Under the pieces are notes generated by a model. That model saw only the letters and a list, made by a program, of their open reading frames with translations. It was not told where the DNA came from and made no database searches. 64,000 nt of DNA from Guillardia theta CCMP2712. Lineage: Eukaryota > Protista > Cryptophyta. The DNA lies in assembly GCF_000315625.1 (NCBI RefSeq), contig NW_005434625.1, forward strand, positions 265,726 to 329,725, given 5' to 3'. The position numbers and the translations under genes are program-made. This document shows positions 37,101 to 48,544 of the stretch, piece by piece (the stretch's first letter is position 1; each line of letters opens with the position of its first letter).

Positions 37101-40100
37101 TCCCCTCTGCCTTCTCCACTCCCTGAATCTTGACAATCCATTCTTCGTCGAGGGCTGCCCGGAGAGCTGGGAAAACTTTGTACTTGTCTTCGGGGAGGGT
37201 CGAGACTATGACGCGGGTATGCGGCATGTCCGGGGCGGAGGACGAGGGGCCCGGCAGCCACCGCCAGGGGTCAGAGCGCTCGTGGTCCTCATCGGAGAGC
37301 TGGTCGAGCGAATCGATGAGGAGGAGAAGGCGTTTCTCAGCTGAGGATGCAGCAAGGCAGCGGTGAAACTCAGCCACCTGCTCGTCAAAGTCTTCGTGGG
37401 CGGCTGCTGGAGGATTCATCGTGTAGACCGAGGAGACCTGTTCGCAGATGCTCCGCATGAGCTCGACGGCACTGGAAGACGCGGCCGACGTCCCGCAAGC
37501 TCGGAAGATCACACACGCCCTGTCCTTGAGCCGTTGGTGCGCATCCACAGCAGCCGCGCTCATGGCTGACGTCTTGCCCGCCCTGACTGCCCATGGAGGC
37601 AGCGAACCGTTGGCCCGGCCCTCTCCATCAGCTGCGCCATCTTCTCCCTGACCTCCTTGCGCCCAAAGAAATTCCTTGAGCGCTGGAAGGCGAAGGAGCA
37701 GTGGTGGACGATTTCTCGCTCCAAGGGGCTGAGCAGCCGCCTCTTCTGCAAGCTGGCAAGGATCTGATGCTTGGTCTCTCCGACAAACTTGGCCGCAAGC
37801 TCTCGGATGTAGCTCGCGTGCGTCGGATTCTCGAAGGAGATCCCGTCCTCGCTCCAGGGGACGGAGAACTCGAACAGGGAAGTGGCTGCTGTCTGTTTCA
37901 CTCGTGCACGAAGATCGTTGAGCAGCTCACGGTCGGAGTCCCTCCTCGTGTAGTAGATGGAAGCCTTGCCCGCCGCTTCCCGCGTCGCTGCCTCCTCTAG
38001 GCCCTCGATCGTCCTCATGAGGACGAAGGCGGAGACCTCGAGGTTGGAAGGCTCTTTGAACAGTCCCTCCAGCACCTCCCTCTCCGTAACGCTGATCAGC
38101 CAGTTCTGCTTCACCGACGGCGGGAGGCTCGACTCCTCCTCCACGACCTTCCAGATGGCCCCCTGCATGATGTCCTGCGCGCCCTTCCAGAAGTCGTTGT
38201 ACTTGATGGGCTTCTCCTTCATCGCCGAGATCTTCTGCAGGTTGTACACGGGGGGCACGTGGTTGTCGTCCCTCACGTACCACTCGCTGATGGTGCTCTT
38301 GGCATCGCCGTCAGGGATGAAGCCCAAGATCAGCTCCAGCTCCTCCTTGTCGCATCGGTTGGGCAGAGCCCTCCACCCGTACCTCTCTCCCGACAGGAAC
38401 ACGAAGCTGGCGGCTGTCGAGTTGCGCAGGCATCGCTCAAGCTCTCCGAGACAGACGTCAATAGTCATGTGATCATCCGTAGCCTCATTGCGAACTCCCC
38501 AGCGCAGGTCCACGACAGAGAAGGTCAGGCCAAGGCTCTGGCAGAAGGACTTGAGCATCGGGTACGCGAACTCCATCAGGTAGTTGCGCTCGGATGTTGT
38601 GTCGTCAAAGGTGCTGGAGAGAAACATCGTGACGTTGGTGGCGACATTGATCCGCTCGACCTCGTCGAAGAATCCTTCTTTCAGCCTGTTGATCCTCTCA
38701 TCGTAGAGCTTCGCGAACTCCTCGGGGTTCAGATTTGATTCCTTCAGCGACTGCTCCTTGACCATGGCTTTCAAGTTGCTGACCTCCTCCTCCTTCTCGG
38801 CACTGAGCGCGATCTTCCTCTCAGACTGCTTCGACCTGAGCAGCGTCGAACGAGGCTCAGCCGTGACCTGCGGCGTGACCTTGTCGAGCTCTACTACGAC
38901 GGCGTCTTCTTCCGCATCTTCAACCTCGGAGGTGTTGAGAAGTGTCCAGCCCTCGCTCCTGATGCTCACTGGGCTGCTGGCCCTGCTTGGCACCCCCTCC
39001 TCGCCTCTCGCATCTATCGCGAACACGACGAAGACATAAGGAGTCTCCTCCTTGAGGTCGGGGAAGCTCAAGGATCGATCAGCAGCAGGGCTTACCCGTT
39101 CGAACCCTCCCACGCCGAGCCCAACGGAGTGAGGGAACGCAACGACCTTGAAGGAGGCAGCCGCCCCCGAGGGCTCGTCGTCAAAAGCCCAGCTGACCCT
39201 CAGCATGTTTCTCCCCTCCTCGGTCACGACAACTGCGACCACGTCGGTCGGAGCTGGGATCGGGTTCTCCTTGCCGAACATGGTGAAGTTGTTGATGCCG
39301 ATGTAGTGAGACCCGTTGGTGTCCAGCAACTTCAGCTGCCACCAGCGTGCGACGTGCACGTCCCCGAGCCCTCGCAGGATCACTCCTCGATTGGCCATCA
39401 CGTGAATCTCCCGCTCATCCAGCTCGCGGTCTGAGACGAAGGTCCACACGGGGCTCTTGTCGCAGACCCGGTGCCCGATGAAGTAGTAGGACTCGATGCT
39501 CGAGGATTCGTTGTCATTGGAATCCGTGTTCCCCGGCACCTCCTGGCCGAGCCGGTTGCACTGAGATCTCTGGAGGAGGTAGGCAAACTTCCATTCCTCG
39601 TCCTCGGACTGCTTGCACCACAGCTCCATCGTCCTGGGGGAGGAGAGGATGTTGGTGTTGTAAATGGAGACTTTGGTGACGAGCACGGGAGCTCCCAAGT
39701 CGATGACAACATGGGCAGGTGGGCAGCAAGTGAGCCAACCAGGTATCCATTCCTGCTGACCTGAGAAGTTCACGTGGCATCCCTTCCCGTCGACCAGTCG
39801 CTGCTTGTCATGGATGCTGTGGTGTGTGTACAGCCATGGAGTTCTGTCGAGCACGAAGGAATCTCTAGGGAGAGAATCTACCAGTGTTGCGCCCTGAGAC
39901 AAGGTAGAAGCATGTCAGTCGATCTGCTAAGGCGTTCACCATCCCTCCTGACCTGATCAGTCGCATGCACTTCTGTTTCGCTCTCCTCGTTGTGCTCACC
40001 GGCAGCGGCTGGCTCCTCCTCCTGCCTGGGAGCGTCTCCTAGATCCGCCCTATCACTTCGCTGCTCCTCTGCAGCAGATGTTGGCAGCTGCTCTCTATTT

Positions 40101-40266
40101 TCAGGTTGCTGCTGCCCTGAACTGACTGACTGCGACTGTATGGCCTCCTCTGCCCGAGAATGGTGCGCCTCCTCTGCAGGAACGCGTTGCGGCGGCGGTT
40201 CCGCACGTGATGGTGGGCCCAGGGGCTGCACAGGAAGAGCTTTGTCCGCTGCTATGCAGTTGCCCA
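34165..40266 (-). CDS. STAND NTPase: acylation motif-discoidin-FN3-DUF4062-NACHT-WD40 (NWD/TEP1/NPHP3-like); frameshift at Walker A
   Basis: MGNC start, intron 39894-39952. FLSSTFDD..ERNYL..DLRWGV (DUF4062-like), Walker A split HGQSG/GKTSAM, Walker B LLIDSLDQ, multiple GH...WD repeats. Confidence 0.85.
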
Positions 40267-40806
40267 TCCTAGCTGGCGGTGTGGTGCCTGAGGGCTGCAA
40301 GAGGTGTAGGATGTAACCTTGAGCAAGAAGATGAGTAAGAGCAAACAAGAAACGAGCATGAGAGTGCTCTGTGACCTTGACCTTGACCTTGACCCTCTCT
40401 CCCCTTCCTCTCACTTGTTTATCTTCTGCTCCCTCCACTCACACTGTGCCAACTCCCCCCTCCCCTTCCCCACCTCCTCCCTCCCGTTCTCCTCTGATCC
40501 ATCTTCCCTCCCTCCTGTATCCTCTCTTCTCTTTCCCGCCTCTCCATACTCCCTCTCTCCGCTCGCTCCCTCTCCCCCCCCGCTTCCCCCTTCCCCCTTC
40601 CCCCTTCCCCTCTCCGTCCCTCCCTCCCTCCTCCAACCGCCCTGCCATCCCCTAAAACGTTGGTACCGCAGTCCTCTGGCCCGGTCCACCTAGCAGAACT
40701 ACAAAAATGAGCCCTGCAGGGAATGGCAGGGAGGGGGGAGCGCGTAGCCGCAAGATGAGAAGGGAGGGCGAGCATGGCGGCGTCGTTCGGAGGAGGGTGG
40801 TCAGAC

Positions 40807-43280
40807 ATGGCAACCTTGAGCTCGTGGTACTCGCTATCCTCGTCTCAGCCCCCTGCTCGAGAAGTGAGTCGGGAACGGGAGGGGGGGGGGGGGTGCGGGC
40901 TTTCACTGACGGCCGGCAGTCTCCGAAGCCTCGACGGCCTCGAGCGCTGAAAGTCTCGGTTGGAGCGCAGGATCCTAGTGAGAGGAGGGAGGAGACATCT
41001 ACCTGCCGAGCCCGCTGACATCTCGCCAGCTTCCCTGACTGCTGCTGCGCTTCATGCCTGAGGATCAAAAACAACTTGTCGTATTCCTCCAGTAAGTCGC
41101 GCACGAAGCTCCTTACTCTCCGATCCTCATACTGTATCAGGTGACGAGGATCGTCCTCCTGTCAGGCTAGACGACAAAGAGTTAGTCGTGCCCTTGGAGG
41201 GGAGCGGCATTCATGCTGATCGCGCAGATCTGGAAGTGCTGAGGAGCGCGGAAGGCGTTTGGCAGTGAAATGGATGGGTGAAGATTTGAAAGAGATGAAG
41301 AGAGAAGACGAGAGGTTGTCATGACGATGACAGCAGAGTTGTGCGATGAGAGGTGTGTTTGGGTGTCGGAAGGAGAACATTCCAGGTGTTGAGATCTTGT
41401 TTCTTTTCTGCTGGGTAGGCTGAAATGCTCTCCAGGAGAAAGAGTGACAAGAAACGTGATTCGAACAGGTAGCACAGGATCTTTCCTTGAAGGCTCCTGC
41501 TAATTCCGCACCTCCTGTGCGTAGCGATGGTGGCGTGAAGAGACTGCAGCACAAGGAGTACTCAGAGGAGTTCCTGCAGGTTGTAGAGCTTGTCAGTGTC
41601 TGCTGCTGCCGTTGACCCGCACGTGCCAGTCGTTGCCTCTCAGGGAGTATCTCATGGAGGAGAAGCCGCAGAAACTGGGGAAAGGGAAGCAGGTGTAGAG
41701 CCTCCTCTCCGTCAGAGGAAGGGGATGATGTAGAGCTACAGGCCAAGACAGTCTTGTGCTCTGTGAAGCCTGTGAACAACTCGGCTGTCCCAATCAAGGT
41801 TGTGGTGAAGGAGTTCAAGAAGTATGTTGCTGGAAGCATCGCTCCTCCTCTCCTGCCTGACTTTCAGCTTAGGTGCAGGCACTGGCAGTTTTTCCTTCAC
41901 AATGAGTACCTCTCGCTCGCTCGTCTCAACAGCAGGTGGCAGGACGTGAGTCTGACTGCCCTCACCTCACCTCCTGTAGGAGTGATTGCCCTGCTAGCAT
42001 ACCCCGAGTGCTGGGGCTGGAAGGTAAGGGAGGGAGGGAGGGAGGGAGGGAGGGAGGGAGGGATGGAGGGAGGTACAAGGTACAATGCAGGAGAAGATGG
42101 AGGAAGAGTCGAAAAGGCAAACGAGCGAAAGGAAGAGGATACTGACGAGGAGGGGGTGCGGGAGAGGAGGGAAGCGGGAAAAGAGAGAAGGAAGGGGAGA
42201 AGAATCAAAGGCGGGGAGCTACTTCGGTGACGTTGAGGGGAGCAGAAGCCAAGGGGAAGGTTCTCGTGCAGTTCTTCAATGGGTCCGACTTGTACTCTTC
42301 GGGGCCACCCAAGGACAAGCAGCTGGCGCTCAAGGTCTGGAAGGAGTTGGCCGAGGCAGGTGAGAAGAGAGAAGTGAGGTCGACTGGGGATGAGAAGACG
42401 GTTCGAACAGTCTGCTTCGCCAACAGCTGTGAGATCTTCCACTGCGACGTCAACCCCAGCAACATCCTGCTGGACAGTGAGCAGGAAGGGGGGGATTCGC
42501 ATCACAGCATCCTGCTGGTGGACTGGGCGTGCTCGAGGCAGGAGGCGTCGCTAAAGAGCAAGGTGAGAAACGAGCCTGCCCTCCTGCTGTTCGTCAGATT
42601 TGATGGAGGTGACCAACGGCAAGAGGGGGCACTATCAGCCTGGAGAGATGATGAACGGGGAGGTTTGCTTCCTCTTGCTCAAGCGTCTTGTGCCTCCGTC
42701 ACCCGCTGCAGGTGGGAAATTTCACTGACGTCTTCGGCACGGCGTCTTGCCTGCTCTGGTTGCTGTGCGGACGAACTCCCATGTCACAGGTCTGCTCAGG
42801 GAGGAGGAGGGGAGAGCTGTTGGAGGAGGAGGGGAGACAGCAAGGAGGGGATGACGTTTCTCAGGCCCTTGTGGGCGAGGGAAGGAGGAGAACGACCGAA
42901 GACATCAACCAGCTCCTTCAGTTCTGCTCCTGCGCGACTCACATTGATGCTGGTGACGAAAGATGGCAGGAGCAGCCTCGGAGACTTCCCTGAGGCCTCT
43001 GTAAGACATCTGCCTCCTCCTCGACTGTGCCAGTGAACGTCTGTCAGGTCCTGGGCATCGCAAGGATCCTGGAGAAGGGGCTGGAGGTAGGGAGGAAACG
43101 AGGCGACACCGTTGACGTTTGTCGGCAGGAGGAGAAGGGCAGCCGCTACTCCAGGTGTGCAGCATGGCGATGGAGCAGTGCGAGTTGACTTGTGATTTTG
43201 TTTCTGTACACAGCGTGGATGAGATGTTAAGAGCGTTTCTGGACTTGAAGCTCATCAATGAGGTTGAGGGGAGAGAGTGA
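40807..43280 (+). CDS. Divergent protein kinase-domain protein (many exons)
   Basis: LGKGKQ, VVVKEF, alphaC NEY, catalytic loop HCDVNPSNILL, DWA in place of DFG, TDVFG (subdomain IX). Boundaries approximate. Confidence 0.7.
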
Positions 43281-43421
43281 TCTCAATCGTACAAGCATCA
43301 GCCCGCCAATGAAAGACAACACTAACCCGAGAGGGAGAGTACATTGCATACAACAACAAAGAACAAAACAATATGGAAAGGAACTATTAAATGGAAATGA
43401 ATAAGCTTGACAAACAATCTT

Positions 43422-45402
43422 TCAGAAACAGCCACAACATCCTCCCGATTTCTCCTTGACCTCATCACTAGAAACGTGTGAGGACGACTGCAGAGAATCA
43501 ATTAATATGTGAACCTCGAGGGCGATTTGCTTTCTTCCTGCGTCTTATTCTCCTCTGGTGAATTTTCTGCTTGTGCCGTTTCCTTCATCGAGTTTGTAAG
43601 GTTTTCTGCAGCTGAAACATGTCAAACATGCAAACAAGTGCCAATCACTCCCGTCACCTGGGATTTCTGGTGTTGCTGATAAACAAAACATTGTCAGCAA
43701 CGTCTATGTAATATATCACAATCACCCCCGTCACCTGGGATTTCTGGTGTTGCTGATAAACAAGACATTGTCAGCAACGTCTATGTAATATATCACAATC
43801 ACCCCCGTCACCTGGGATTTCTGGTGTTGCTGATAAACAAAACATTGTCAGCAACGTCTATGTGATATTTCATTCTTCACTCACCATCAACTTCGGTGAG
43901 GACCAAATCTTCAGGAGTAGTCTGTTCGAACTGCCGTCAACACATCACCATTACCAACTCCACCAATCACCTCAACCGTGACTGCTGCTCGTTCTTCCTC
44001 AAATTTTTTCTGCATTTTCTCGCGTTCTATCTTCATCTTTTCTCGCTCTTCCTGCAACTTCCGCTTGTTTGCCTCTTCTTCCAGCTGGAGCCTCTTCTTC
44101 TCCTCTTCGTCCCATCTTCTCTTCCTCTCCTCTTCAATCAATTCCTAAGAAATCCGGTTCAGGGGACTACAACAGCACAAGAGGCTTGCTTTTACCTCCT
44201 GCTTCTTCATCTCTTGATATCTCTCTTCTTCATTCTTTCGAATGAATGTCAACAAGATCGATGCTTTCTACTCAAAGATAACCTCAAGAGCTTGCTCATC
44301 GTCGTCTGGGATGACCTTGCGAATCGTCTCAGCGAGGAGGACAAACATCTTTCGTCACGCACCTGATCCTCCAGCATCACTTTGTCGCCCTTGCTGAACA
44401 GTTGTACAGCAAGCTGGACCTCTCCAGTGACTTGCTGAGCTCGCAGAGATCATGCACGTTGAAACATCTCGATGTCACCTCACCTCAATCACTCCGCCTA
44501 CTTCCTTGCCGTTGATTCTAAACTTGATCCGTCGATACCCTACAACGTATGTGTGATGAGCTCAAGAAGGAGTGGGAGACAGATCAGCTTGCCTAGGTTG
44601 ACTTGGATCTTGTCTTTCGTTCCAAACTGGCAGTCACTCTCATTCACAATCTGAATCGGGCACCGAGTCAATTCACGCGTGAGGATGAGGAGAGTTTGTG
44701 GAAAGGAGAGGAGGGAGCAGAGGGAGGGGAGTACATACCTTGTTCCCATTGAACATGTCGCCATTGCTGTCCATGTACCAGGCCTACCAAGATTCTTCTT
44801 CAGAGAGGTGCAACCCCCGACGCTCATGTCAAACCAGGTCCAAACAGCTCTTATCGTTCCAGTTGGATCCCACCCTTACCAGCGGACGCTGCACGCCTTC
44901 CATGGTGTCAATCTCAGGACGTTCAGTGTGTGCGACTGATCTCACCGATACGGATCGGTGTCCCCGGGAACTTCTTCAGAATGGTTATCTCCCAATGGCA
45001 ATGTCCTCCTGGCATCACCCGTGATCAGAATCTCCAGGTCAGCTGCACCTGCTCGGCAAGAGAGCAAGGAGAAAGACGTGTATCACCATCAGGGATGATC
45101 GCTACTCCCCGGACTGTTGGTACGTCCCCCTTCACGGGGACTGGGAGTCAGGCAGATGCTCTATTGTATGGAAGCGAACAGACCTGTCCGCCTCCACCGA
45201 AGTTTGCAAAAGCTTGGTTGCCCTCTATGGTGACCAGAGCACACTGAATGAGCGAGTGAATGGATGAGAATGTTCATTGTAAGGCCACCTGGCTCCACGA
45301 AACACCACCTTCTTTAGGTCTTTTGTTGTATGCTGCAATGGTAGGCGCCATGCTGCCGCCCGAAGGCTCTGCAGAGCTCGAGTGGCTGCTCCTCGTTTGC
45401 AT
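43422..45402 (-). CDS. SPRY-domain plus coiled-coil protein with C-terminal GCCGCF motif
   Basis: Spliced VRGVAIIPDGGHCHWEITI...IRIGVQ...AWYMDSNGDMFNG...FGTKDKIQVNL...IKFRINGKEVG...LAVQLFSKGDKV is a typical SPRY fold pattern. E/K/R coiled coil at 43911-44141. Start codon uncertain. Confidence 0.7.
43643..43870 (-). repeat. 77-bp tandem repeat x3 = 18-nt microexon + 59-nt intron
   Basis: TCACCTGGG recurs at 43654, 43731 and 43808. Confidence 0.9.
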
Positions 45403-46130
45403 TCTAGCTTGTCCTTGCGAGGGCTCGGCTCCTACACAGGGTGGTAGCGCAGTGTTGGACTATGCGCTCAACTCTTCACCGACGGCGAGGACAAGGCAAG
45501 AAGGGACAGCAAGGAGATCTGAGGGCTGGCTGACGAGGATGTGACGAGGACGGTCAGGTCGCATGGGAAGGAAGCTCGTTGACTTGCCGGCTCCTTATCT
45601 GCGCATTCCGATACAGCCTGCCATGATATTCCAAAAGGATCCTGATTTCGAAGGGGGTGGTCCAGTACAAAGGTGGTCGTAATAGTCAAGGAGGGGGGGT
45701 CCATGTGTCTCATTGATCTAAAAAGAGGGTACTTTGAGTGATTTGGAGGGGGGTGGGGGTGTATTCGGAGGCGGAAAGCTAGGTGTGGGTGGGGTTGCTG
45801 TTTGTCATCAGGAGGGTGGGTCCAACCAATGGGGATAAAAACGGCTTCTGTAACGGTCTACCACTGAAACATCCAAGTTGCTATTTTCTGCTGTCGCGTA
45901 CTTGGAGTAGCGGTTTTTTGCTGCCTCCTCCGTTTCCTAGTATTCTGTTGAGGCGGGTTTGTAGGTTTACTCCTCATGCTCCTTTGTTTGCTCCGGTTTG
46001 TCAGGCTTTCTTTTTCAGTCATTCAAGAATCGATTAGTTGCGTGTAGTTTTATCTATCAATGATGATGTCATTGATACCAGACACTGCTGATATCAGACT
46101 GTTGGGCTAGTCCCAGTTAACTTGTAGTGC

Positions 46131-48458
46131 TCAGTCCCGTGTGAGCATGATCGCTGTGGTTACTGTCCCCTTGGGATGACGTGGATAGCTATGGGAGTTG
46201 TCAACAAGACAGCAACTTAGTCCCTCTTGCGGTGAGTCACCTGAAGGAGCTTGAGAGCCAACCCGGTGCCACTTGGCCTCCCATGCTGCCTTTATGCTCC
46301 TGTCGAGCTCTGCTGTCCACCTGCAGTCGCTGGTGAGGGCGGCAAGGGAATCGGATGAGACATGGCAAGGAAGAGGGAGCAGAGGGAGAGAGCGGAGGAT
46401 GGAGAAAGAGGGAGAGGACGACGACGGAACAGTTATGGTGTAGCAAGGGAGGGCGGCTGCAAACGTACCGCGCAGTGTCAAACATGTTGGAGGTATACCT
46501 GTACCTCTGCATCTGCTCCCGCACCTGCTCCAGCGCGCCTGTGCCCACCGATCAACCGCTGGCCTGCTACCGGACAGCGACGGCTGACCTATGTCAGAGC
46601 CGAGGCGGAGGGCCATGACCTTGTAGTCCTCGAGGTTGCGCACTGCGGAGAAATCAGGGTAAAGGAGCGAGGAGGAGAGGAAAGAGAAGGGCAGGGAAGG
46701 GAAGGGGAGGGGAGGGGAGGGCGGGGTGGCAGGCAGGGCGGGGAAGGGTAAGGCAGGGAAGGGCGGGGCGGGGGAGAGGTGAAAGGATAGGGAGGAGTGA
46801 TGGGAGAGGAGGGAGGAGGGAGGAGAGAGGAGGGAGGAGGAACTTTTGAGGGAGGAGGAACTTTTGAGCCACCGATGGTTGAAGTCACATTGGTGGAGTA
46901 TACAAGGCATGCAGCTCCCCTGTGAACCATCATCTGCCATCAACACAAGGTGAGCAGCTCCTCCGTCGGATCCTCCTCCTCTCAACGCGCTCTCCTCCCT
47001 CCCCGCCCCCCCAAGTCCTTCTTCTCTTTCACCTCCTCTCGTCATCATGGTCCTTCTTCCCTCTTCTCCACCTCCTTCTCCACCCCCCTCCCTCTTGCTC
47101 CTCGTCCTTGCCTCACTTGATGTGGTACGGTTATCACAGGCACGTTCGCCCAGAGCGCATCTCCAGCGCTAGTGTGCGCGTTGTACTTGGGGGCATCAAG
47201 AAACAAGCTGCTGGAGCCGTGAGCTATCTTGCTGGCCTGCTGCCAGTTGCCTGTCACCGGCACTTGGAGAGCTTGTCGACATGCTCGTAGTAGTCTCCGA
47301 TCTAAGACGCTCGGAGTCATCGGAGGCTGGCAGGGAGGGTCGACGAGGAGGAGGAGAAGGAGGAGGATCAGGAGAAGGATCAGGAGGAGGAGGAGGGCGT
47401 GGCGGGGAAGGGGGGGAAGAGGAGGAGGAGGATCAGGAGGAGGAGGATCAGGAGGAGGAAGGGACCTTGGGGTTGAAGACGAGTCGAGACGGGTCGACGC
47501 CCTGCACTCAGAGTCGTCTGTCGCAGCTCACGAGCTCTAGAGCCTCACCTTCCTGCTGGCAAACTGCCGCATCGTGACCTTGGCCTCCTCCGCGCACTCT
47601 TGAAGTCTCAGCCTAGCCCACTGCAAGTGAGTGGCAAGCATGTCCGGGAGGAGGAATGGCTGACTTGGAGCCCGGAACATGGAGCAACAACTCCATCCAG
47701 ACCTGCGGAAGAAGTTGAGGGGGAAGGGCAGGAGGACAGAGCGGAGCGGAAGGGAATGGACGGGAGAAGAGGGGAGGGGAACGGAGCGGAAGAGAAGGAA
47801 GCGGAGGGCAGGAGAGCAGAGGGCAGGAGAGTGCAGGAGAGTTTTCAGTGAGTGCATACGGAGAAGATGTCTTCATCCATCTTCCACACGTGGTGGAGGG
47901 CACAGAAAACAATTTCATCCTCCGGCAGCCGACCCTGAAGCCTCGAGTCAGCCAACGGGTCTGCCCGCCTCCCTCCCACCATGGCGTGCGTTGGGACTCG
48001 AACAGTCGCTCGGTAGTCGTTGGGCAGGTAGGGGGGAGGGACGAGAAGGAGCTTCTCAGAGTAGATGCTCTGCCATAGCAGATGAGACGTGCTTGAAGGA
48101 CAGAGGGAGAGGAAGTGCCTCAAACTCCGGAGGAGAGGCGATCCGATCTGTGATGATGAAGTCTATCCCAACAGCCGCTCCTGCCAGCTTCATCCTCACT
48201 TCCTCTCTCTCCTCCTCGGCGGTTCCGCTCCACCTAGAGTCCCGGGGTACTCGCAGAAGGTGAAGGAGAGAGGGGCAGGGCGGTGTGCCAAGAACTTGAT
48301 CCGGTGGTCACCACTGAAGCCCTGCACGGCGACGGGGAAGAGAGAAGTCAAGCAACAGAGGAGGAGAAGCAGGAGCGGGAAAGAGAAAGAGGGAGAGGGA
48401 GAGGATGAGGGAGAGGATGAGGGAGAGGATGAGGAAGTGGAAGAGAAGCAGGGGGAAG

Positions 48459-48544
<86 letters not shown>

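Noticed and set aside
43643-43870. CRISPR-like array
   Set aside because: The 'spacers' are identical, there are no cas genes, and the unit matches intron + microexon.
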